A stretch of 64,000 nt of DNA from Balanoglossus misakiensis. Taxonomy: Eukaryota > Animalia > Hemichordata. Of this stretch, positions 1 to 11,970 are shown piece by piece. Made by a program: the position numbers and the translations under genes. How positions within the stretch are numbered: the stretch's first letter is position 1; every line of letters begins with the position of its first letter. The notes below the pieces were generated by a model. It was given only the letters and a program-made list of their open reading frames with translations, was not told where the DNA came from and did not search any database. The stretch covers positions 3,145,039 to 3,209,038 of the forward strand of contig CM082596.2 in assembly GCA_040954595.2 (NCBI GenBank), given 5' to 3'.

Positions 1-1849
1 ACACACCGTCGATCGGCTTGTATGGCGATTTAAATTGCAATCAGTGACTGGTGCCATCTGCCTCATGAAACAACACTAATTAATCATCCACTGATTGCGC
101 CAAATGAAATCTTATATAAGACTAGTTTTGCGATAAATATTTTACGTAGGTTTTTTTCTCTCTCTTCAACATGGAAATATATATACATATACACTATATC
201 ATTATACAGAATGTTGGGTCACCGTTCCCTGCTTATCGACCTTACTTGTTCAGTGACGTACAGGTCTTCAGATGGTGCATGTTTACTACGCGCAGCGGTT
301 GCATCGAGCAGTATTGCCACCGTTGGCTTTAGTGGGACACGTCATATACACGATCTCACAATATGGTCCAGGGGATTTATAATACAAATAATCCATTCGT
401 CATATGCCAATGTCGGTTATTCTATAAACGATCATTTATATTTGAACACACTTTATCCTGTCGGCGCGTTTCATGTGACGTTTCTACGTTCTGTAGCTGA
501 AGCGTAAGCAATACGGAAATGACGTGTTTCAAGTCTTCCATATAGATCCGCCTGGGTCACAAAGGGAATTCGCATCAACACACACATTCACCGCTCGCTT
601 TCCCATTTAGATGTCTACAAAAGATTATCTTTCTCCGTCACATGTCACATCGACTCTTCCCAGACTGTATGGCACTCAGAAAGACTGGATCACATATAGA
701 AAAATCCAGATTGCATGGCTGGCTTCGAACGCACATTCCGTTGCTGTGCCAATAGAGCAGGTCCTTTCTGATTTCAAAAAGCACACCGTATGTTAGCAGC
801 TTTAACACTTGCCCCCTTTGCTTGGCAGACCCCTCCATCAAAGGGTGTCGAAAGTAACATCGACAAACCTCACGAAACAGACAATCGATATGTGATAATA
901 TCTACTCTGTTATGACAGATGCCAACACCTGGGTAAGACAGTTTATAATTATGCATATTGGTACGTCATATCAGACACGTTCCCATGACTGAAAGATTTG
1001 TCCTGATACTCGCATCGACGTATGATAACATACTTGTATATGCATATCTGTATATTCATAACTTGGTCATCTGGCATATGTTCAACAGGCAGTAATTCCA
1101 GCGTACATAACGCCACATTTTGCCGTTGAAGTGAATACAGATTACTGACAGGCGGAAGACCCGGGTTTCTCACAATAGATAGCAGATACTGCAAGTACTC
1201 TTATTCGTATCACGAAGCAATTGCCACCCAATTCAGATTTAATGCGCGATACGTGTGCATTAAGCGGAGTTTTAATCAAAAATAACGCGGTCAACGTTAT
1301 CTTTTCGTTGCCTTTATACACTATGTCAGTATAAAGACTAAAATGTTCGTCTCGCAATGGGAGGAACCCCATCTTGTTGGTACTTCTGGGAGATATCAGG
1401 TTGTTTGGTAACCAATGGCAACCGAAGCTGTGGATGCTCAACTATATATGCACCGCCTCTAGTTCTGTGCACAATGGGTTTGACGTGATTTCCACTGCGA
1501 TCATTTTATGGGCTTTTGTTTGTCGTTGATGCTCCTCCGCATTTCATGGTTTACATGTACTACGATCCGATCTCTTTTACCATATGCAGTAACGCCCAAG
1601 GCGAGGATGCGCAGCGTGTCACGCGTGACGCCATTACGGAATTAGCATGCATATAAACCATGCACTGCAGTATGGATGACAAACAAGTACATCGACTGTT
1701 GTGTGCACCAACTGGGATGAGAGAAAACAGCGCCAACGGCACTGAGCGTACGACTGACACATTTAAGAGAAGCCTTTTCGATAAAATGTGTTTGAAGAAA
1801 TTGGTGAAAGGTGTGGTGTTCATGTTGAGAGTTGTATGTATGTATTGAT

Positions 1850-1957
1850 GAACGAACGAACGAACGAACGAACGAACGAACGAACGAACGAACGAATGAA
1901 TGAATGAATGAATGAATGAATGAATGAATGAATGAATGAATGAATGAATGAATGAAT
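1850..1957. repeat. Compound tetranucleotide microsatellite (GAAC)11(GAAT)16
   Basis: Read directly from the sequence; it produces the spurious HSFI/RSFV ORFs at 1560..1988 and 1820..2092. Confidence 0.97.
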
Positions 1958-2263
1958 GCGTTTTACATTTCTCTGGTCGACTGAGCACGTATTAAAAATA
2001 CTGCCTGGTGTCGTCGAGGTACTTTTTGTCGCTGATGCAAATACAAAATAAGTCATATCAACTAATTGGGTAGGGCGATACAGGACTTGCATTGTTTAGC
2101 TTATGTGTTTATTAATATACTCGCCCGGATGTGTCAGGTAGGAGCTACCTGGTAATTTCTTTTTTAAGTGAAAATAAACGCACTGACGCAAGTTGCCTTA
2201 CGGTTACCTCTTTGTGCCATTGTAATGTGTAAATGGAAATATAATGTCAAACATTTGTCTTAC

Positions 2264-2870
2264 CGGTGAGGGACGGTGTCCACGGGGAGTACACACGTAA
2301 TCAGTTGATATAGTGATGCGTTTCTGCACGCAACGGTGGTTGTGGTGAAAATGTGTCGGCAGTGCTGTTCTTTTCGCGCACGGTCGTCAGCATTCACAAT
2401 CTCGGTATCCGAGACTCCTAGGCCTCCGGGCCGTACACATAGGCTGCAGCACGTACGTACGCCCGAGTCAATATTCTCCGCTTTTCCGAAAAACTGGGCA
2501 GAATTCGACGGGTGAAAATTTCAACCACACAAGCGCCAGTCGCTAGTTGGTATTCTGTCGCAAAAGCCGTTTAATCAATCGCCATCAGTGAGTAGCGCAT
2601 CCGAGTAGGCTACAGTATTCGGAAAGATGGTTACGAGGACTCCCTAGGCGGGCGGGAAAAGCAGAAGGCGAGGGGCGAGCTGTTGTTAGAATCTGTATCA
2701 ACGTACCGCGAGAGATATTCCACATGATTGTAATACAGGTTTTCGCGTCCTTCGACAGTCGAGTCACCCCTCCTTCCTACTTATTTATCATGGATTCCGT
2801 ACTTGATATTAACGACCCCACTTTTTGAAATACCGTTCGAGCACGCGGAGTGTTTCCCGGGCAACGCTTG
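2264..2870 (-). promoter_or_regulatory. Putative CpG-rich promoter and non-coding first exon of a minus-strand gene running off the left edge
   Basis: Locally CpG-rich, with a GC box (gggcggg, ~2650) and a strong minus-strand donor CCG|GTAAGA (plus-strand tcttaccgg at 2258-2266). No long ORF leads into the donor. Confidence 0.35.
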
Positions 2871-5056
2871 TGAATTGTGTGCAAATAAAACTGACATGTT
2901 TGTCAAATAATCAGCGAGGCTATTAATCTTTCTTGGTGTGTTGAAAAAAATCATTTTCAATGAAGCGCTAATGTCTGCAGTTGCAATTTAATCGTACAGT
3001 CGTGCACTGTTCAATTGTACAACATGAGAGCCGTCTTCTTAATCGCCTGGTGCAACATAGCCTTGCATTATCCTCCATTTTCTTGGCTCAGCAAAGGTGA
3101 AGCTGGTAAGATGAAGGCAAGACAAGGCTATGCGCAATCACAGCCTTTTGAGGAACTGTGGCACAATACACATTGTCTTTTTGAGAGGAAAACATACTTC
3201 TCGAATCACGTTTTCCAATGGAGCAAAATAATTATAATTTATTTTATTTTGAGTCAAATATTCCGAGTTATAACCTGTGCTGTACTCTCCAAAAAGTGAT
3301 CTTCCCAAGATGTCTATCTCTTGTGGACTTGGTGCACACTTGTTGATTGCTTGTTGGTTCATGTTATTGGCCTGTTAATCCTCGAATACCTCAGGAGGGA
3401 AGTTTTCAACTACACCATCATTTTGGACCACTGAGAAGTGATATTTGACGTTTTGACGCAATTTCGAAGCAATGAGGCCTCGGAGATACATGCTTGTCCC
3501 AATTCTACCGCAAGGCTGCGCTGTGCTATGAAACGGCTATTAACAGAGTATAGAATGCGAGCGGAGCGACAAGACTGTTCAGGAACCAGCCTCGGGTCGT
3601 TACTCGACTAACCCATTGATAGAGGGCGATACATTCATAGTCATGATCAAGTCATGTATTCACAGGCAATGAAATCACTGTCACTCCGGCGAAAAGTACA
3701 CTTTATTAATAAGTTTTTATACCTTAATTATAAGCCTGCTGTATTTTATATGTCAATTTGAACCTGTTGCGTTCATATTTTTGTCATCAACGTACGTAAG
3801 ATAGCAAGATACGTGGTGCGGATTTTTGAGGCGTGTTTTCGCGCTGTCAGATTCCGTTAGGGACTATGACACAGGTAAACTGTCATCACCCGAAATAGAG
3901 AATCATACTGTATTCGTATTTCTTATAGCCAAGAACTTTACCTCGACCGACTCTGGCCGCTGGACAAACGTCGCCCTCTATAGTTCGATATGCATGCCAT
4001 GGTTATCACGTTGATAGCGGCAACATCACAGATTTAATCGTTAAAATATATCCCGTTTTGTGTTCTCAAATATTAAAACATAGACGACGCAAGATTTAAT
4101 TTGATTCACCACAAAACAACATTAGTTAGGTTGACTATTTCACAACTTCTTGATCGACCTTATTGGTACAACATGGTCGCAATTGTAAGCAATTCAAAGT
4201 GATACTAGCGCATTGCATTATCCAAATGATATGATGCGTGAAATATCAGTACAGGTGCCTAACAAAACGATGAAAATTAAAAAGAAAACGAAACTGATAC
4301 ATCGGCTTGGTGGAAAGTGAAACTTTATGACTTATAAATGGGAATAAATGTTTTCCGCGAGTCGCCAAGGGGGCACAATAAGTCTTGAGATATTTTTGGT
4401 TATTTTAAGTGATGAAGAATTTTTCAAAGGATTACAAAATGGACTTAAGCACCAAACTGAAACAAGTGGTGTTAATTAGTGACTGTAAAAGCCCAATAGA
4501 TTAGCCCTAAAAGAAAATTTACATGCAAATTCGGCAGAGTCAGTCTGACTTATTCCCTATAGACGCCATCTTGTTCCGAGGAATACTAAACTGCCTTTTT
4601 ATCCGGTGATCTCTCAAATGAGAAATCTGAAGGTGAATAGGTTTGATTACTAACATCAGCATAAACAGCAGTTTCTCAGTGGCAGCTTTTTATCGATACG
4701 AGTTTTCAACGATGGGCCTAACAATGCAAACATGAATGAGTATGAATGGATGGAGGCTTTCCAATCGAACAATACAAAAGCTCAATCAAGAACAGCCGAA
4801 CAATAGACTTCATCATCTCTTCTTAGGCGAAACAGGGCCCATAACCTTCAAATTTTATGTGGTAACCTGTAAAAGAGATACCGATTTTCAAGTTCCACGC
4901 GGAAATTTGCATTAGCATTGCAAGGCTTGTCGCTAAGGCCCGTGACCAGCAGATGCAGATGACAATGTGTGAGATGATGATGAGAGAGAAACCATGTTCA
5001 TATGTCCCATATAGCACGCCCCCAGCGTTTACTACAATGTAAACATTAATTTTTAT

Positions 5057-5184
5057 CAAGATGGCGGATGCTGGGGTTGCTGTCAATTTGGCGATGTGAA
5101 ATTTATTTGGTTTTCTTCCGAAAATGAAGTGCAAAGGCTTCTGAAAATGTACACAAGGAAGACAATGCCCCAGCTGATCCACCG
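5057..5184 (+). promoter_or_regulatory. Putative promoter and non-coding first exon of the zinc-finger gene
   Basis: YY1-type motif CAAGATGGCGG at 5057-5067 and a consensus donor CCG|GTAAGT at 5184/5185. The next obvious coding exon on + starts after the acceptor tttctctttttttcatacag at 26941-26960. Linking the two is inference. Confidence 0.5.
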
Positions 5185-8066
5185 GTAAGTTTTTTCTCTC
5201 TCGCCTTCCTCTCTACCGTGTATGAAGTTCACCTGTTTCGCCGGCTCCTATTCAAATCTGACAAAAGGGTATATGTCAAAATGAGGTCGTGCGATATGAA
5301 AGATCGCAACTTGCAGCGAAAAGGCACTTTTTCATGAAGCGAAAGATGAAAGCTAACACTCCATACATGTTTATAGAGTACCACGATGTTAGCGCACCGT
5401 CTGGTTGTCCTAATTTGTATGAACGCGTGTTTTTTTTTTTATTTTTTAAGCAAAATATTCTTCTAATTCTGGGGCTTTCTGGTTCAGCTGCGTCGCTATA
5501 ATAATTGCCCTTTCAGCGTTGCCTTTGCAGCCATTTGCAAGAAAATTAAATTATGCGTTTGAAATATAGTCTTCTCGCACAAGCGTATTAGAGGCGCAAA
5601 TTATACGCCAATGCAACGCTTGTTTCCTCCGATACTAAATACAGTTTGGTGCGCGCTTCTGATGAGCAATCTGAGCGAGGCCTCAGTGGACTTCGGCTGT
5701 ATCATAAATAAATACCAGCCAGAGAATTTTTGAAATTCTTTCGAATTTTACACTTGTATGATATAGTGCTATAGGCTTTGAAGTGGCCAAGGGTTGCGAT
5801 GTGCTCATTTACTGTCCGTAAAGAAAGAAGTTGCATCATTACTTCACGTTATGTAAATATTCTTGCAGAGCTTTCCTGGTGTGCTAACAGCAAAGCCTTG
5901 TTGTAAGTTTCACAAGTATGCAATTGCCTTTTTTGACCAAGAGAAATAAATCATTTAAACATGTTGCAATGAACTCACAGTTGACATAAATATTTTTAAA
6001 TGAGGTCAGTATATTTTATTGAACATTTTTCTGCCTAAGATCATTATTAACAGGTGTACAATTTAAGTAAAATTAAAAATAAAAGTTTATTTTATAAACT
6101 TGAACAGTATGTACAGCTTTAACTGATGTGTGAAATGTATTAGAAAATACATTGTATATAAATTTATGTCTATTTCAGACACACTGAAGGTGATATTTAT
6201 CCATATTTTAAAGTGTAATTAAATTTTAAATTAGCTATCATACTCAAAATAATTATTTTCTAAAGAAGTTAAATTTCATATAATAGCTTAGTATAACATG
6301 TAAAATAAGACAAAAAATAGTAATAACGAAAAAAATGAAAATAAGGTGTCGCTTTTTTCTCAGAGTTGGACATTGATTGATACAGTGCTTTAACATCATT
6401 AATATTTCATTTTTCAATAATGTGAATTTTTTATAAGAGTTCGAATGTTCCATTATTAAATGTGAATAGTTTTAACTAGGCCAAGGTACTCTCCGGGTGT
6501 TCATTTTCATTGTTTTTCTTTTCTCGTTAGAAAAAAAATGCAGACAAAACCTAATGAATTTAAATTGTATGAAATCCCCATTGAAAAAAAATTCTCTAAA
6601 TTTAAATGTAAATGTGGACTTTCATTGTGTGTTGAGATTCTTTGTTTGCCTGTATTTTAATTTTGTTGAAAACCTGTAACGAGCGAGTGGGGTCCCTATT
6701 CACTCTAATTCAAGTGACTGTATTTTAATTTTCTATTCTTTTGGGAATATTCAAAGCCTTTCAATTTGACTATATTAAATGTATCACAATAGCTAGCCAA
6801 TTTCATTATCTACAAAGCTTCATACATTTAAAATAGTCTACATTTTGTGAAATAAAACGAGTCACAGATGCAGTCACTTTTTATCATTTTTTTCCAGAAA
6901 AAGTTGTAATAAACAAATTTTGAATTTGAGAAATTTTGCCGAAAATGTCAGTTTTGCTTAAATCATTTCGAGGTGTTGTTTTGGAGACTTTAGAAATTTT
7001 GTTGTAATTGCTTTACAAATAGAGGAAACTCATTCAAATTTTACTCATCAAATGGAATCTTGTCACCCTCTTAATGTGGTCTGAGTGGATCAGTCCCATT
7101 GTCCCCACCCCTTCAATTGTCCAAGTGTCCCCCACACTGTAAATGGATTAGTCCCATTGTTTCCCCTCCACCACCACTGTACACACACAACATATCAGGG
7201 TACAGCTGGCTATACCAGAACACTTTAAAACATTTCCCCAGTTCTTGAACTTTACCACTAAGATGTCACTACTCGGTGGGAGCACTGTTTAGAGTATCAT
7301 TCCCTGGAATTCATAGTCCAGCAGAAATAAAATAAAATTCATGGCCACTGTTAACATTTCACATTCCCCAAATCCGCGGTTTATTTTATCGTAAAATGCG
7401 ACCGAGTTTTCTGCCGGGGGAATGGGGAACTTAGGGTGTAGAAAAGAGTGTGATGATTTGCTAAATAAAAGTCACCTCAGAGCCAAAAAAAGTCACTTGA
7501 ATTTTTATACTACAAGAGAAAAAGTGATCATGTACTCCGTTGGCAAAACTTTGAAGTTAGATCACATCATACAAGAATTTGTCTTTATATCTGGCTGTGT
7601 TTTTCAGCAGAATCTCAGAAGCCCAATTGAATCTGTGTACCTTCATGTAGGACATTTTTCAGCCAAATCACACAAATGCAAAGTTAGAGCCCGGTGTACG
7701 TAAGTCAACCGTCTGAAATGTTCCGACATCTTTCACGGAATGCGGCACAGGTAGACATTTAGGAGTTGTATGTCTTCACTTGCTGCCAGTTCGCTGTTGA
7801 CGTGATTGCCGATTCTACTGCAGAAATCCTTCGTGATTGTTTTGGCCGGTTCGAGCAGTGGGCCAATTACTCCTAACCTTCCATTCCTGACTTTGCTGTC
7901 ATACGGTACTCGGTGTTTGCAGTAAACAGCTGTCAAATTCTCTGGTCACTGATACTATTGTATGAGATACACTCTCGTATTGGTAGTCAACAACTCAGGT
8001 AATGTAGTTAATACACACTTATGTGGGTCATAGCCACTGCAGAAAGCCTCATTAGAATATGCTTTA

Positions 8067-8127
8067 ATTTTTCATTAAGGTAGTATGTGCCTTGAAAATC
8101 AAGGCACATACTACCTTAATGAAAAAT
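8067..8127. repeat. Perfect 29-bp inverted repeat with a 3-nt loop
   Basis: atttttcattaaggtagtatgtgccttga (8067-8095), AAA, then tcaaggcacatactaccttaatgaaaaat (8099-8127), an exact reverse complement. Confidence 0.95.
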
Positions 8128-9690
8128 ATTGAAATGCTGAATATTCAGCTACCAGCCTTAGGAGTGCAGTATGAAATTGATGAGAAAATGGCCGGGAGGT
8201 AGTTTGGATCTTAGAATCCGTGATTGTTGTTTATGTGCAGTCAGGAATCTAAGTCAGTCATTTCCATAATACTCCCCAATCATTCCTGGAAAATGATGCT
8301 TTCACAGATGAGGCATGCAGCATAATGGCCATAAGGCAGAAGCCTGTTTGAAGAAAAACAAGTCACTATACTCTAGCATTGTACCTATAATCTTTGAGAA
8401 AGTCCAACCAGTTGACACTTGAGGATTCAAGATTTTGTTCTACGAATACCTGAGATTGAAACTTGCATTCTTTGGTCGTAAAACCCCACACCTCTCCGGA
8501 AAACGTCCATTACCCGAGAGATCCATCTCCATGAATCTGAAACAAAAGATGATCAGGAATGCCGGCTTTAATTTAAGAGGGTGACATAAAAGGATTTTAA
8601 GAGAATAGATTCGTAGTCGCACAGATAATGCGCCTCAATTTGTATTTTATTAGATGGCCTTGACCTTGAACTTTAAGTTCTGTTCAGCCCACTTGCAGAT
8701 TTCCCCAAGTCATCACTTGGCCTTGATGTATTACCTGGGCCGATTTGTATGATTAATGTTCATGTTGAGATTTGCACAAAAATCTGTTGCTCTTTCGGTT
8801 TTCTATAAGAATACTCATTTCATGATTGACCACAAAGAGGCGGGCGTACACAGAGAGATATAGTGAGTGTTGAGGTGTACTGTATCAAAGTATGCAAATA
8901 AAACAGTAAAATTAATAATTATATTAAAACATAGCAGTAAATATGAATACATACATAGTTAATTGTAGCTTTTTTTTAAATATTGCTACGTAATGATCAG
9001 GTCACATGTCAAGAAATGGGGCTGCAGTAGATTGCTTGTATCCGTTCATCTCAGTCACTGGTGCTCTTGTCTGCCGAACTCTCCATCCATCACTCTTTGT
9101 CTAACCAATGTTTATATCTTAATTAAATTTCTGACGTATAAAAGTACATGTAATGCAGAAATTGAGGCCACCGATGCTATTAAACTTTGATCTTTGCTGG
9201 TTTTTTCAGCCAAGTCACTCCGCATTATGCCTTTCCTAATTATTAGTAAGGGAAGGATTTCTTGACTTTCTCAGAACAAATATAGAGTCGCACATTATTT
9301 GAAATATTCTGATGTTTAAAAAATAAAACGCTGGCGATTTATGAGTGAAATCAGACGAGTTGTATTATAAAATGTGGCCGTGGCATCATTGAGAAATTGA
9401 GATTCATGAAAACAGTTGCTTTCTGAAAGATTAATTGTTCTATTTTGTTTCTTACAAACACTGAACACCTGTGGATTGTAAATGAACATTTATTAGTGCG
9501 TTTTTGATTTTCTTCTCGTGAATTTAGTAGAGTGTGGAGTGAAAGGTATTGTATGTACCTTCTCTTTGTTTGGCTTAAATGGCATTGCGAGATTGAATTT
9601 TTTTTTCAATATTGGAGTTCTGTGGCAAAAATGGATAGTGGACTGATCATGACAGAATCCTGTTCTTGTTGAAAATGTTCAAGATGATAT

Positions 9691-9692
<2 letters not shown>

Positions 9693-9730
<38 letters not shown>

Positions 9731-9758
9731 CCATCACCATCATCATCATCATCATCAT
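9693..9758. repeat. (CAT)n microsatellite with CAC interruptions
   Basis: Read directly from the sequence. Confidence 0.95.
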
Positions 9759-10978
9759 TTTTGGTGGGTTATGTTAGAATTGCCTCCCAACCCCAAAAAG
9801 ATAAAGTACGTCTGAAGAGAACATTTCAGTAAATTTGTTTTCTATTATAGATTTCAGGAAAGTTGCGGCAGTGAGTGTGAAAGATTAATGAATTAATCTC
9901 AAGAAGATTACTGACTCACACAGGAAGATTAACTTGTCTTGTGAACCTATACCCAACTCACATTCACTCGTGTCTTTGAAAGTAGGATTAATGGGATACC
10001 CATATGGACTGACTGACCAAGTGTGATGTGTAACTGTAAGTGAAGTAGCCTTTTTCCCCCCTTCTCAAATCAGTATTTAAGGCTTATGGTCAGTGATGCA
10101 TTGCATATATGTTGTAGCCAATCAGGTGGCGGTCTTAGCATGGTGCGGCCAATTAGAAATGGCCCTGATGTTTATTAGAAAAAAAAAGAGAGAATCTTTT
10201 CATCCATGCTAGAACAGTGCCTGTATATATTTACATGTACGTAACATTCTTTCATTTCATAATCTTCCGTAATTTATGAGGGTGACAGAAACAAAATCCT
10301 GATCGTGTAAATCACAGTGTTTTTTTCTTCCCGATCTCTTGGCAAGGATTTTTTTGCGATTGGAACTTCAGCCTGCCTGTCTCCTGCATTGCAATCAGTG
10401 TAGGTTTGGAGAAATTCAAGAAAGATATTTTATGGCTTCATTTGGAATGACCTGGGCAGATCAGGGGATGGGAATTTTTTGATTATCTTCTACTTGTAAG
10501 GTCTTTTGCTGTTAAAAAAAATGATGTCACACATACCTCATGCTCTTTATTGCTGTGCTGGGCAACTTACGCTCACATGCATTTCTGGGAAGTAAAACAA
10601 ACTTCAAATCTGTTCAGTGTAAGCTCTTTGTCACTTTCCAGTCTGCACTGAAGCTTTTCCTTTAAAAACTGGAATAATTTTTGTCGCTTTCGTGATCTCG
10701 TTTCCACAGAAATCATGGTCCAGTCCATTTGCGTGTAATTGTCGGTAAGTCGCAGTCCTTTTGTTGTGTGTTCCTGTAAAAGGGACAAGTAGCGTTCAAT
10801 TTCAAGAAAGTCTTGAAATTTGAAACGTTATGTCGTGTACTTTTGTTCATGCAGAGGCTGTCACTGAAAGTCAGTGAACAAGCCTCGATTGATTCTTTGA
10901 GAATATCACCCAGCAAGCCTTAGCAGAGTAATGGCCTTGTCATTAACTCTTGCAAAAATTTGACAGCAGTGCATTTAC

Positions 10979-11970
10979 CAGTCAGGACGTAAGTGGGGTA
11001 ATTAAACAGCAGGGGATCATGCAATGCAAACACTTGAACTGGCCAGTAACGTTTGAATTGCTCATTTGCATACAGTTTTTCAACTTTTTTCACAACGAAA
11101 GTTAAGCAACTTGCAACCCATTTCTGACAATTATTTCACCCCAGGCACATTACTGGTACTATGAGTGTACTACATGTGATTTTTCATGAAGTTTTATCGA
11201 GAAGAATTTCTTTACTTCCACTGACAAAATTGTGATCACGAAATTCAAAGTGACCTTGAAGTTAAAAAATCAAAAAAAAAATATCAGCCATACCCACACA
11301 AAAATTAACCCCCTCAGGTTTTAGAAACATTATTAAACTCCTCTATTCATAATTTTGACATGAATATATCCATGCCGAGAGTCAAGGACCACAATTTACA
11401 GTGCCATAGGTCAGTCCTGAGAAGTCAGTCAGCGTGGGTAGTGTATAGACTCCGTATGTAATATGCTAATGAGAGATAACGACGCGTTGAAAAGGAAGCC
11501 ATTACGTCATGGGTTAACATGCGTTGACCTACTTCAATGCATACACATATGGCAAACACGGCTGTACTCGTCGATGGCGAAGGCAATTTTTACACCGTCA
11601 TTACTCCACAACGGAGCGGCTCACACTATTATAATTTCACGGTAACTTAGTTCAATATCTTCCTAACCTACCCAATTTTTTTCAAGACAAGAAATCTTTG
11701 CCGAGAGTCAAGGACCACAATTTAAACCAACATACCGAAACTGTCTTTCTCGGGAACGCGTCGTTAAAACTTCACAAAAAATCATCCTATCATTGACTAT
11801 GGTGTTTCATACACGTCTTAGAAAAATGGGTGCACTACGATCACTTGTAGTACCGAAAATCTCCGTTTGAAAATTTTTCGAACTGGCCGTAACTGCCACT
11901 CAGCGACGTTCACATTCAAATAGATCTCTTTGATCTCACCGCCGTAATTACCCCACTTACGTCCTGACTG
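10979..11970. mobile_element. Non-autonomous DNA transposon (MITE), ~990 bp, Tc1/mariner-like ends
   Basis: Perfect 26-bp terminal inverted repeats: cagtcaggacgtaagtggggtaatta (10979-11004) and taattaccccacttacgtcctgactg (11945-11970). Ends are CAGT...ACTG, with TA immediately right and TAC immediately left. No transposase ORF. Internal 26-bp direct repeat at 11373-11398 and 11699-11724. Confidence 0.8.

Noticed and set aside
1560-2092. ORFs with HSFI/RSFV repeats
   Set aside because: Translations of the (GAAC)/(GAAT) microsatellite.
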